From NCBI GenBank assembly GCA_963823665.1, contig CAWGMQ010000005.1, forward strand, positions 1,152,001 through 1,216,000: a stretch of DNA of 64,000 nt, given 5' to 3'. Position numbers and translations under genes: made by a program. Below, piece after piece: positions 21,868 through 33,421 of this stretch (the stretch's first letter is position 1; each line of letters opens with the position of its first letter). Source of the DNA: an uncultured Planctomycetota bacterium. GTDB taxonomy: Bacteria > Planctomycetota > Planctomycetia > Isosphaerales > Isosphaeraceae. Below the pieces are notes generated by a model. That model was not told the origin of the DNA and did not search any database. It saw only the letters and a list, made by a program, of their open reading frames with translations.

Positions 21868-23280
21868 TCACTCCTCGAGTGGCGGCGCCACGCCCCAGCT
21901 TCGTTCGAGGTGCGCGAGGAAAGCGCGGACATCGCCGATGTGCGAGAAGAGACTCGACACCAGCGAGGCATCGCTGGCCTCGCCGATGGCGATGCGTTCG
22001 AGGGCCGCGTCCTTGATCGTGCAGAGCTCTCGGTGAAGACGTCGGATGGCCGAACCGTCCTGATTTCCACTTTGCTCCAGCTCGAGTGCGCGTCGCTCGA
22101 CGCCGCTGATCAGGGCGATGAAACGATCGAACCCGAGCTCGCGGCGGAGCCGCATGCGGTTACGGAGCCATCCCCAGAACAGCAGGACCGTTCCGCCGGC
22201 AGGTAGCAGGATTTGCAGGGCATTGGAGAGCACGCCGATTCCCTCGCCCGTGATCAGCGGCTCGTCGCGGAGACGGTAATCCAGCGCACCGGGATGCCAG
22301 GGCACCTCCGCATGCTGGCGCACCATTCCCGCGTCGAGCGACGGCTGCATGGCCTCTGCGAACCGGCTGGCGATCATCAGGTCGAGCACCTTGGTGACCG
22401 TCCTGCGGTCGGTCTGGCTGTTCGTGACCAGCAGGACCCTGAGACCGAGCGTCAATATGGCTTGCGGCGGGACGGGCGGGCTCGCTTTGTATGCGTAAGC
22501 CGGGATCGTCGCGTCGACGATATTCTCCTTGCGGATCCCTTCGACCACGGGTGGCAGCGCCCCACGATGGAGGGCTGTCAGTCGGAACGCGTCTCCGAAC
22601 GGGAGCGGTACGAGCCGGTACCCGAAGTCGACAACCAGCCGACGCACCACTTCCGACGGCGGCATCGTCGAAATGAAGACGACATCCGGGAGCCGCGACG
22701 GGTCGTTCTCACGCACAAGCTCTTCGTACGGGATCACGAGCGGCTGGTAATCCTTGGGCGCGAGCCCGACGAACGAAAGAACCTCCTGGCTCAACAAGAA
22801 CATCACCGTGTGCTTGGCGCTGCCGAGGCTGATCGTCCTGCCGCGCAGGTTTTGCAGGTCCTCAACCACGGCGGCGTGATGCTCCTTCTTGACGAGCACG
22901 TGGACCGGCGCCACCGACAACACGCCGATCTGGCGAATGTTGTGGTAGTGGTCCATGTCAAATCCGCCGTGAACGATTGCGAAGTCAAGCTCGCCGGAGT
23001 GGACCTGGTCCAGCAAGTCGATCGTACCCGTAGCCATCTCCGGCTGAATATCGAGCTCAGTGCGAGCGGAATCCTTGGCGAGACTCAACAGGAATTCATG
23101 CACCGCGCCTTCGGTTTGCCCGGAACCGATCGTCACGCGGCGAGGACCACGCACATACAGCAGCCGGATGCTCAGCGATACGAGGATCACGAACGCCAGC
23201 ACGGCCAGCCAGCCGAGGAGCCGGCCCTGAAAACGCCTCTGCGCCAGCACCTGGTAATTCCAGACTCGCGGCCGCCTCAC
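21868..23280 (-). CDS. TAXI-family TRAP solute-binding-like protein with N- and C-terminal membrane segments
   Basis: ATGTIDLLDQVHSGELDFAIVHGG, DLQNLRGRTISLG, PWHPGALDY. Confidence 0.75.
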   Translation of the reverse strand: MRRPRVWNYQVLAQRRFQGRLLGWLAVLAFVILVSLSIRLLYVRGPRRVTIGSGQTEGAVHEFLLSLAKDSARTELDIQPEMATGTIDLLDQVHSGELDFAIVHGGFDMDHYHNIRQIGVLSVAPVHVLVKKEHHAAVVEDLQNLRGRTISLGSAKHTVMFLLSQEVLSFVGLAPKDYQPLVIPYEELVRENDPSRLPDVVFISTMPPSEVVRRLVVDFGYRLVPLPFGDAFRLTALHRGALPPVVEGIRKENIVDATIPAYAYKASPPVPPQAILTLGLRVLLVTNSQTDRRTVTKVLDLMIASRFAEAMQPSLDAGMVRQHAEVPWHPGALDYRLRDEPLITGEGIGVLSNALQILLPAGGTVLLFWGWLRNRMRLRRELGFDRFIALISGVERRALELEQSGNQDGSAIRRLHRELCTIKDAALERIAIGEASDASLVSSLFSHIGDVRAFLAHLERSWGVAPPLEE

Positions 23281-23597
23281 TGGTCGTGCCTCCGATCATG
23301 TCGCTCGCGTTGTCGCCAAAACAAATCAGGCCTGTCAAGAGTATCAGGAATCGCCGGAATCTCCAGGATGATCCGCCGCGTGCGCTCAGGCTTCCTTGGC
23401 GAAGGACACGATCAACTGCGTCTTCATCCGGCTCAGGGTCCCTGACGAGCCCGGATGGCCTTGTTTTCTCTCGAATTTGCGTCGCCGCGCCGGTATGATC
23501 CCGACCGCGGGTTCTCAAGCGACGACAGAAAAAAAATGCATCCGATCCTGTAACCTTTTCCGCCGTTTGGGAAGGTTATGTTGAGGGAGACAGCCCA

Positions 23598-26500
23598 ATG
23601 AAGGCCGTGTCGCAGCCTGACACCGAGGAATTGATCGAGCGCACCGCCCGAGGCGATGTGGAGGCGCGCCAGCAGTTGTTGGTACGGCACCGCAGCCGGC
23701 TGGTCAAGATGGTGGCCGTGCGGCTCGATCGCGGGGTCGCCGCGCGGCTGGACCCATCCGACGTGGTCCAGGAAGCGCTCGCGGAAGCCGCACAGCACCT
23801 GGATGAATTCCTGCGGACCCGGCCCCTCCCGTACTATGCCTGGCTGCGGCAGTTCGCCTGGGAACGACTGGTCAAGCTGCACCGCCACCACATCCGCTCG
23901 AAGAAGCGGAGCGTCACCCGCGAGGAGCCGTGGTCCATGCCGCTGCCTGAGGATTCAGTGCTGCGCCTGGCCCGCCTGGTGGCCAGCGGCGCCAGCCTCA
24001 GCCAGGCCTTGATCCGCAACGAGATGCGCGAGCGTCTCCGAACCGCCCTGGAGCAGTTGGCTCCGCACGACCGCGAGATTCTGGTCATGCGGAATCTCGA
24101 GCAGCTTACGATCGCCGAGATCGCCGAGGTGCTGGGCCTGACCGAGGGGGCCGTCAAGGTCCTGCCCTTGGCCGGCGGGCTCGACTCGCGCCAGCTCCAG
24201 CGCTTCAAGACCGAGGCCCAGGCCGCGGCGCTGTTGCACCACACGAACATTGTGCCGATCCATGCCGTCGGCTGTGAGCGCGGAGTGCATTACTTCGCGA
24301 TGCAGTTCATTGACGGCCAGACCCTCGCCCAGTTGATCAACGAACGGCGGAGCATCGAGCAGCCGCTCTCAAGTGGCGACGGTCCCCTCCAGTCTCCGGC
24401 CGCGACCCCGCGCGTTGGGCGCGGGTCTCCCGACCCCGCCCATCCCGCCGACCGGGGGTCTCCCGTTTCAGCGACAGGTTCCCCCACCCCCTCGTCCCGG
24501 ACCCGCGAGTTCATGCGCATGGCCGCCATGCTCGGCATCCAGGCCGCGGACGCGCTGGATCACGCCCACGGCCACGGCGTCGTTCACCGCGATATCAAAC
24601 CGGCGAATCTCATGCTCGACGCGGCTGGCTGCCTCTGGGTCACGGACTTCGGCCTGGCCCGGCTCCAGGACGACAACGGCTTGACAATGACCGGCGACTT
24701 GCTGGGCACGCTCCGTTACATGAGCCCCGAGCAAGCCCTCGGCCAGCGCGCGTACCTGGACCATCGGACCGATATCTACTCGTTGGGTGCGACCCTCTAC
24801 GAGATCTTGACCTTGCGACCGGCCATCGAGGGTCAGGACCGGCAGGAGATACTTCGCAGGATCGCCCAAGAGGAGCCGGCACCGCCGCGCCGGCTCAATC
24901 CGGCAATCCCGCGCGAACTGGAGACGATCCTGCTGAAGGCGATGAACAAGGAGCCGCAATCGCGCTATGCCACCGCACAAGAGCTGGCCGACGACCTGCG
25001 GCGGTTCGTGGAGGATAAGCCGATCAAAGCCAAACGGCCGAGCTTGGTGGAGCGAGCGACGAAGTGGACGCGGCGGCATCGAATGGTGGTCGCCACGGCC
25101 TTTCTCTTCCTTGTGCTGGCCGTCGTCACTCTGGCCACCAGCACGGTGTTGATCGCCCGCCAACAGCGCGAGGTGGAAAGACCGCGTGACGAGGCCGGCC
25201 AGGCCGTTGAGGATATGTACACCGAGGTGGCAGAGGAGTGGCTGGCCCAGCAGGCGGCGCTGGAGGGTGTGCAGCGGAAGTTCCTGCAGAAGGCATTAAA
25301 TTACTATGAGCGGTTCGCCGGGGATGCGGGCAAAGACGCGACGATCCGCTTGAAGACGGCCGTGGCCTACCGTCGCGTCGGCGAAATTCAGGAGAAACTA
25401 GGTGATTACAGCAAAGCAGAGTCAGCATGCCGTCAATCGGCAAGAATCATCGAGGGTCTCGCCACCGATGGCCCCTTCCTCCCGCAATACCAGAGCGAGC
25501 TCGCGATTAGCGAACTTGCACTTGTCCGACTGCTGTGGACAACTGGGCCTCAGGGCGAGGCCGAGCGGTTGACTGAGCGACTCACGATGCGCCTGGAGAA
25601 TCTGTCTGCGGAGCAACCCACATGGCCTCAGTACCGCGATCAGCTGGCACGCTGCCATATGGCGATGGCTCGATTCGTCTGGCGGACTGATCTTCATACC
25701 TGCGAGACGAAGCTGCGAAAAGCCATCGCACTATTCGAGAAGCTTGCAGCCGACTCACCCTCGAATCGCAAATATCAAGCTTCACTCGCTCAGGCGCACA
25801 ATAACTTGGGCCTTTTGCTCCGTGACCTCAGCCGTCCCCAAGACGCCCGAAACAGTTACAGTCGTGCAATTGCCGTGAATGAGAAGCTCGTTTCCGAATC
25901 GGCCTCCGCGCCGGACTACGTGAGCTCACTCGCGAGAAGTCTCGACAATCTCGCGCAGTTGGGAGGACTCACGAACGACCCGTCGGAACCCGAATAACTG
26001 TACCGCCGAGCAATCGAGCTGCAGGAAAAATTGATGGCTAGCTCGCCTTCAGTTCCGTCGTACCGAGCGCGCCTGGCAGCGACTTATGGCAACCTGGCCC
26101 TGATTCTGGGCGGTGAGCGCAAAAGGAGCGCGAGCAGGTATCTCGTCGCAGTACTGAAATATTCGACAAGCTGGCGACGGACTTCCCCACGTCGATCGAG
26201 TACCAGGGCTTTGCAGCAATGAGCCACAGAAATCTGGGCATCCTCCTCACGACAATGGGCCGTTCTACCGAGGCCGAGCTTGAGTTTCGATCCGTAATCA
26301 CATTGGCGCAAAAGCAGCCGAACGATGTGAGATCCGCCCCGCAATTCCTTTATGAGCTAGCGACCTGCACGATGAACCTGGCTGACCTCATGCGGTTGGG
26401 CGGCCGTTCGACGGATGCGGAGGAAATGGCCCGGGGAGGAATAGCCGTGCTGAAAAAACTCCGGGATTTCCACTCCCTGAACACCCTGGCGTGGACACTT

Positions 26501-26914
26501 TCCACCTGTCCGTACCCACGGCTCCGCGATCCCCAACTGGCCATCCACGTTGCGAAGCAAGCCCTGGAGTCAAGGCCGCTGCACGGAGAATACTGGACGA
26601 CCCTTGGCGTGGCACATTATCGCGCGGGGGAGTGGAAAGCGACGATCGACGCTCTTGAGAAGTCGACCGCAGTCAGCCCTGGCGATGACATCGTCCGCTG
26701 GTTCTTCCTTGCGATGGCACATTGCCAGCAGGGACACAAGGTGAAGGCCCGCACTTGGTTTGACAAGGCCGTCGAGTGGATGGATAAAAATAAATCACAG
26801 GACGATGAGCTGCGTGAATTTCGCGACGAGGCCGCGTCGCTCCTGGGGCTAACCGAGCATCCGAAGTCAACCGAAAGGAAGGAGGACGACACCAAGCAAC
26901 GGTCGAAGCCGTAA
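23598..26914 (+). pseudogene. In-frame ECF sigma::Ser/Thr kinase fusion with TM and TPR repeats; nonsense TAA at 25995 and a frameshift near 26120
   Basis: LDPSDVVQE...DREILVMRNLEQLTIAEIAEVLGLTEGAVKV|LPLAGGLDSRQLQRFKTEA; HRDIKPAN, DFG, YMSPE; TPR tail TLGVAHYRAG...FFLAMAH. Confidence 0.8.
24415..24465. repeat. GC-rich palindromic REP-like element inside the kinase reading frame
   Basis: ggcg-c-gggtc-tccc-gaccc-cgcc hairpin; the 13-mer ttgggcgcgggtc also occurs intergenically at 6889. Confidence 0.45.
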
Positions 26915-27213
26915 TCGCCAGGCTCATCGCCGAGCCCGACACGTGAAAATCTGAGCCGGCACCGTCATCTGAAGTATAACAACCGTGAAGTATAACAGCC
27001 GCCGGCAGCTCTGAGAGTGAACCGCCTTCTTTAGACAAGGCCCGCGAGAGGTCCGAGCGCTCGGTGTGCGCTCCTGTGGGCCATCGCATCACCGAACCAC
27101 CGGGAATTAGCTTTGTTGGAGCCGGCCGATGAGAACATTCTTAAATCGGCTCATGCCGCGTCAACCCGGGTACCCGGTCAAAGATCCGCACCTTCAGCTC
27201 AGGAGAAGCCCAC

Positions 27214-30200
27214 ATGCGCCGGCGACGACCCCGCTCAGTACGCACTTCATCCTCCGTACTCCGTCGCGTTTTCCGGCCAGTGCTGAGCTGGCTCGAGGCT
27301 CGCGTCCTCCTTTCCGGCAACCCCACCTACTACACGGTGAATCTGACGAGCGACACCGGCGCTAGCTCCGGCACCGACGCCATCACATTGAACCCTTCGG
27401 GCGACCTGCTTTGGGCCATTTCCCAGGCCAACGCCAACGCGAACCAGGCCGGCAGCGTGATCAATTTCGACCCGAGCCTGTTCGCCACTCCGCAGATTAT
27501 CGCGCTGTCGAGCACGCTGGAGCTCTCCGAATCGGCCGGTGCAGAGACGATCCAGGGGCCCGGTTCAGACATGCTCACAATCGGCGGCAACAACGCGGTG
27601 GGCGTGTTCCAGGTCGATAGCGGCGAAGTGGCGACGCTCCCCGGGCTGACAATCTCCGGCGGTGACGGCCAACGCGCCGGGGAGCGGCACGCCCACGGGC
27701 ACCGTGACCTTCTACCCCGACGGCGTCTCGATCGGCACCGGCACGCTTTCGGTCGTGGGCGGCCAGGATCAGGCGACCCGCACGACCAGCTCCCTCAGCA
27801 CGGCCACGCACTTGATAACCGCGGCCTATACCAGCGGCGACGGCAATTTCAATGCGAGCCCGGCCTCGACGGCGATCAGCCAGGTCGTCAACAAAGACAG
27901 CACCACGACGACCGCCGGCGCCTCGCCCAGCTCGGCAAACCTGGGCCAGACCGTGACGTTTACTGCGACGGTCTCGGCCAATTCGCCCGGCTCGGGCACA
28001 CCCACCGGAACGGTCGATTTCTACGAAACCACAACCAGCACTGACCTCACGCCCGGTGGCGTGGCGCTAACGTCGGGCACGGCTTCGTTCTCCACGACCA
28101 GCCTGGCCGCTGGGCCCCACACCATCACGGCGACCTATTCCGGCGACGGCAACTTCCTCAGCAGCTATGGCACCGCCGGCACCGTAACCGTGGGCCAGTC
28201 GATCATCGTGCTTGACCCCTCGGCGGGCGGAGCACTCAGCATCTCGGGCAATGCGTCGATCAACTTGCCGGGAGGGGTTTACGTCGATTCGAGCTCGTCG
28301 ACCGCGCTATCGGCCAGCGGCAACGCGTCGATCAAAGCAACCGTGATCGATGTGCACGGCGGCGTTTCCAGGAGTGGCAATGCGAGCTTTAGGCCGGCGC
28401 CGGTCACAGGTGCCGCCGTTGCCGCCGACCCATACGCGACGCTCGCGGAACCGAGCACGACGGGATTGACCAGCTTTGGCTCCGAGAGCGTAAGCGGCGA
28501 TTCGTCGGCAACGATCAAGCCCGGCATCTACTCCGGCATCTCGGTTTCGGGCAATGCCACGCTCACCATGAGTGCCGGGACGTACATCATCGAAGGAAGC
28601 GGGTTCTCGGTTTCCGGCGATGCGGGCGTCAATGGCACGGGCGTGACGATTTTTAATGCCGGCAGCAAGTACCCGACGACACCCGGGACCTACGGCGCCA
28701 TCTCGCTCTCCGGAAATGGGTCCTACAAGCTGACTCCGCCGACGGGTGGACCCTACGCCGGCATCGTGATCTTCCAGTCGCGCGACAACAGCAAGGCCCT
28801 CACCGTCAGCGGCAACGCGCCGGGGATGACCGGCGTGATCTACGCGCCCGCGGCTGCGCTCGGCGAGAGCGGCAACGCGGAGTTGAGTGCCTCCATCGAC
28901 GTCGATACGCTGTCGATCAGCGGCAACGGGGTTGCCAATACGATCACGCTGAGCTCGCCTTCCGGCACGGTTGCTCTTGCGCCAACCAGATCCGGGATGC
29001 CTATGGGTTGAGCGCCCTTGCGCTCGACGGCACCGGCCAGACGATCGCCATCGTGGATGCGTACGACGACCCGAGCATCATCCAGTCGGTCGATGCGTTC
29101 GACTCGCAGTTCAGCCTGACCGACTCCGGCCCGACGCTGTACCAGCGGTATGGACCGGCCTCGTCGTTCCTGACGGTGCTGAACCAGTACGGCCAGGCCA
29201 CCTCGCTGCCGGGCACGGACCCGAACGGCGCCGGCACGGATAACTGGGAAGTCGAGGAGGCGCTCGACGTCCAGTGGGCGCATGCGATCGCACCGGGCGC
29301 GCAGATCATCCTCGTCGAAGCGAACAGCCAGTCGCTCTCGGACCTGATGGCGGGCGTCGCCACGGCCGCCGCGCAGCCCGGCGTGACGGTCGTGTCGATG
29401 AGCTGGGGCTTCGCCGAAGGGCAAGCTGTTTTCGCAACCGATGAGGCGATCTACGACAGCACATTCAACGTGCCGGGCGTGACCTTCGTCGCGAGCACCG
29501 GCGATTATGGAGCGGCTGACCCGGAGTATCCGGCCTTCTCGCCGAATGTGGTCGCTGTCGGCGGCACGAGCCTGATGCTCAACGGCGGTCATTCGTACGA
29601 CAGCGAGACCGGCTGGGGCTATTTCTCGAGCGCGGCCGGTGCGTTGATCGGGTCTGGCGGCGGGATCAGCCTGTACGAGCCCGAGCCGGCTTTTCAGCAG
29701 GGCGTGCAGTCGACCGGCTACCGGACGACGCCGGACGTATCGCTGGTCGCCGATCCCGCCACGGGCGCCTGGATCGCCGATACCTACAACCTTGACCCGA
29801 GCAATCCCTTCGAGCTTGTGGGCGGGACGAGCCTGGCGGCGCCGGCCTGGGCCGGGCTCTTCGCCCTGGTGAATCAGGGGCGCGCGACCGTGGGCGAGTC
29901 AACCCTGAATAGCGCGGCACCCACCCAGGCGCAGCAAGCCCTCTACTCACTGCCGCCAAGCGATTACAACGCGATCACGAGCGGAACCAACGGCTACACG
30001 GCGAGCGCCGGGTACAACCTGGTAACCGGCCTGGGAACGCCCGTGGCTAATCTTCTGGTGCCCGACCTGGTCGCCTACCAGGGGCCGGGCACCACATACG
30101 CAGGCTCGCCCATCGCACCACTTCAGAACGCCGGCCTCGTCGATTCGGGGACCACCGACAGCCGGCCGATGGACGTATTCAGTGTGTTCAATTCCTTCAC

Positions 30201-30441
30201 GGTGACGAACGTCGGGCTCAGCCAGGCCCGCACCAAGGCTTCACGTCTTCCAGCCACGGCGCTCGAGCACGCGACGAATGCCACAGACCCGGCCAACCGC
30301 GTTCTCACGGCCGTCGACCAGCTCCTGGGCGTGCTTGTGGACACCGATTCGCACGACACGCTCATCGGCGACCTGGCGTTTGAACAGGTCTCGTCAGGCA
30401 CTCGTAAGGCAGCGGGAATCAGAATCGCGGCGCCCGCATGA
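27214..30441 (+). pseudogene. LEPRxLL-type secreted protein: Ig-like (Big_3) domains + S53 sedolisin peptidase; frame breaks near 27662 and 28985
   Basis: LSWLEARVLLS; PTGTVTF...YSGDGNF; EEALDVQWAHAIAPGA, STGD, GGTSLAAP, YNLVTGLGTP. Confidence 0.8.
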
Positions 30442-30569
30442 TCACGCGCGGACTACATGGCCCGGCCGGCATCCAAGCCGCTTTCGGGTTTGTGGGACGC
30501 CATGATAGAATTCTCTCCAGACAGCTCGATGTCAGCCGCCATCGTAGATAATGCTGGGGAACCACTACC

Positions 30570-30851
30570 ATGATTCACGGAACGGCCCATCGCTACATTG
30601 TCACCAACGATCAGATTCTCAGCGGCGAGCCGATTATCGATGGCACGCGCACGCCAGTCCGGGCGATCGTCGAGCTGTGGCGGCAGGGCTTAGCACCGGA
30701 GACCATCCCCACTCGGCTGCCGCATCTGAGCCTGGCGCAGGTTTTCGACGCGCTGAGCTATTACAGCGACCATCAAGAGGAAATTCATCGGCATATCGAA
30801 CGGAATCGAATTCCGGATGAGCTCATCGATCCGCTGGTGAGAGAGTCGTGA
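30570..30851 (+). CDS. DUF433 antitoxin-like protein
   Basis: ILSGEPIIDGTRTPVRAIV...LSLAQVFDALSYY. Confidence 0.85.
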   Translation: MIHGTAHRYIVTNDQILSGEPIIDGTRTPVRAIVELWRQGLAPETIPTRLPHLSLAQVFDALSYYSDHQEEIHRHIERNRIPDELIDPLVRES

Positions 30852-31196
30852 ATCGTCTCTTCATCGAACTTTACCTCGATGAGGACGTCGATGTGCTAGT
30901 GGCGGATTTGCTCCGGGCACGCGGATTCGTCGCCACCACGACCCGTGACGCCGGCAATCTGCAAGCCGCGGATGCGGCCCAGCTTGCGTGCGCGGTAAGC
31001 CGGCAGGAAGCGCTCCTGACCCACAATCGGGCGGATTTCGAAAGCGCTCGCCCGAGCGTACCTTGCGGCGGGCCAGTCCCACTACGGCGTCATCATCGCC
31101 TCGCGCCATCCACCTTACGAGATCGTGCGCCGCCTCCTACTCATTCTGAACCAAGTGACGGCTGACGAAATGCAGGATCAGCTCCGATATGTCTGA
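30848..31196 (+). CDS. DUF5615 PIN-like toxin; frameshift near 31045
   Basis: LYLDEDV, LLTHNRADF, then in the shifted frame HYGVIIA...DEMQDQLRYV*; GTGA overlap with DUF433. Confidence 0.8.
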
Positions 31197-31249
31197 AAAA
31201 CAAGGAGATCGCACGCGAACCGGACATTTTCTCTCTGCGGGAGCAGACA

Positions 31250-32574
31250 CTACGCCCCGCTGCGTTCGCGATATCCCTTGGCGACCTTTTCCTCGATCAG
31301 TCCGTCGGCGTGGCGCTGGGCCAACTCTTCGCTTGCGAGCTCCTTGGTCTTGGCCTGGCCATCGCTGCCGATCCGGCCAAAGCGCACGGTCACCGCGCAG
31401 CCGTCGCGGGCCACTTCCCAGAACTTGCTCGACGATCCCTCGATCAACTCGAAGCGCCGGGCCGCTTGCGACGGTGCCGAGCGCGTCGGACTCGCCGGAG
31501 CCGGGACCTTGGTGTCCGCTTTGGGAGTGGTCGTCGGCGTGGTCGGGCCGACGGCATCGCCCCGCACGCGCACAAAGGACGGGAAACGGGGCACGCCTCC
31601 CTCGGAAAGCTCCTGGTAGCGGAAGGTGATGAGGGAGCCGACCGGCGGAGGGGCCTCCCGTTCGGCGGTCGGAGAAGCCGGTACCCACGGAGAACTGCGT
31701 CCCATCGGCCAGTTCCACGAGCAGCGCGCCGAGCCGCCCCTTGTGCCGGCCGGCCCCTTTGAGGTGCTCCAGGACCCGCGCTTCGGCGTCGCGGAAGTTC
31801 TTGACCTTGAGCAGAGTCAGCGACCGGCCGACTTCGTAGCGCGATTCCGGTTGGCGGAGCATCAGCCCTTCGCCCCCGAGCGCCTCGATCCGCGCCAGCT
31901 CCGCGCGGAGGTGGTCCAAGCCAGTGCAAATCACGTGCTCGTGGGCTGCCAGGTACGGCGGCCTGTGCCGCTCGACGTGCGCGCGGATGGCCGCAAGACG
32001 AGTCTCGAACGCGCCGTCGACATCGGGCGCGTCGAACGCCAGGTAGCGGACCTGCTTCCACAGGTCGGTCTTGTCCTGCCGGCGGACAATCCCCACCGTG
32101 CGCTGAAAGGCCTTGCGACCGATCCACAACTCGCCGTCGAGGGGGATCTCGGGCAGGCCCTCGAGGAACCAGTCGGGCGCGTGAAAGCGATTGCCCAGCC
32201 GGGAAATCAGTGACTTGCCGTCCCAGTAAGCTCGAACGCCGTCGAGCTTCTCGCTCAGCCACCAGCCGGCGAGGTCCTGGGCGTTGTCCCAGCGCTCGGC
32301 CAGGAGCAAGGGAGGGCCCGTCTTCTCCTCGCTCGCCCCCTCCTCCTCACCTCGGTCCGGCCACCGGCGGAGCGTCGAGCCCGATGCGCACCTCCTCCGC
32401 CGCGTCGCCGCGCAGTTTCCGCAGGTGCTTGCACGTCCGACGCTCGATCGCGATCGACTGGTTCCGCCACGCCGGGCAAGTGCACGAGTAGACCCCGCCC
32501 ACGTTCTTCAGAACGTAGGGCTTCGCCCCCGAGCCCTTCATCTCCACCGATTCACCGTCATTCAGGTCGGCCAT
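31250..32574 (-). CDS. ATP-dependent DNA ligase with N-terminal SWIM Zn finger and C-terminal WGR domain; frameshifts near 32355 and 31670
   Basis: YSCTCPAW...CKH; SEKLDGVRAYWDG, DGEL, EGLML, LLKVK, GTGF, PRFP; SSKFWEV...RFGRIG...KGY. Confidence 0.85.
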
Positions 32575-32616
32575 GGGTTCGTCTCCCCGCTTCGCGCAAA
32601 ACCCTCCTCTATCCTA
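32509..32616. repeat. About 105-bp imperfect direct repeat with 41692-41798 (ligase upstream region and first 22 codons)
   Basis: MADLNDGESVEMKGSGAKPYVL versus MADLNDGESLEMNGSGAKPYVL, with shared upstream ggggagacgaaccc-type RBS region. Confidence 0.85.
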
Positions 32617-32711
32617 CTCTCGGCGGTTCATCCCTTGCACCAGTCTGCTGCCATGTCTGAAGATGTTTCATCAGTAGCGCACTTAACAGAAGCCCGTCAA
32701 GGAAATCCACG

Positions 32712-33362
32712 ATGACCGTGATGCCGTCGGATATCTACACCGAGCCCCAGGCCGACATTGACACACTGCGAAACCTGGGACCGCTCAGACCCATGGCCGG
32801 GCTCTGGGTGGGCGAACACGGAGTGGACGTGCACCCCACCGCAGAAGGCCCAGCCGAGCAGCGCTTCATCGAGCGATACGAGTTGCAGCCCATCGACCTG
32901 CAAACGAATGGACCGCAGCTCTTCTACGGCTTGCGCTACCACACCCACATCACCAAGCCGGGCGAGGTGGCTATGTTTCACGAGCAAGTCGGATTCTGGC
33001 TCTGGGAGCCAGCCACCGGCACTGTGCTGCTCACGATTGCCATCCCGCGCGGACAGATCGCGATGGCGAGTGGTCAGGCCTCGACCGATTCGCGTCGCTT
33101 CACGCTCAAAGCGGAACGCGGCTCTGAGACCAACGGCATCGTCTCCAATCCCTTCCTGGAGTACGCCTTCAAAACCACGAGTTTCGAGATCACGGTGACC
33201 ATCAACGACGACGGCACATGGTCTTACGATCAGACCACTACTCTGTCCGTCCACGGCCAGGCCGAACCTTTCCTGCACACCGATCGCAACACCTTGATCA
33301 AGTTCGGGAATCCCAAGCCAAACCCGCTCGCCGAGGAACTGACGCGGCCCAAGGCGATTTGA
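32712..33362 (+). CDS. FABP-like/nitrobindin (DUF1794) heme-binding beta-barrel protein
   Basis: LGPLRPMAGLWVGEHG, FHEQVGFWLW, HTDRNTL. Confidence 0.8.
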   Translation: MTVMPSDIYTEPQADIDTLRNLGPLRPMAGLWVGEHGVDVHPTAEGPAEQRFIERYELQPIDLQTNGPQLFYGLRYHTHITKPGEVAMFHEQVGFWLWEPATGTVLLTIAIPRGQIAMASGQASTDSRRFTLKAERGSETNGIVSNPFLEYAFKTTSFEITVTINDDGTWSYDQTTTLSVHGQAEPFLHTDRNTLIKFGNPKPNPLAEELTRPKAI

Positions 33363-33421
33363 TCGGGGGACAGCATGATCGGGAGACAGCATGCCGAACT
33401 CCAGGCCGATCTACAGAGAGC

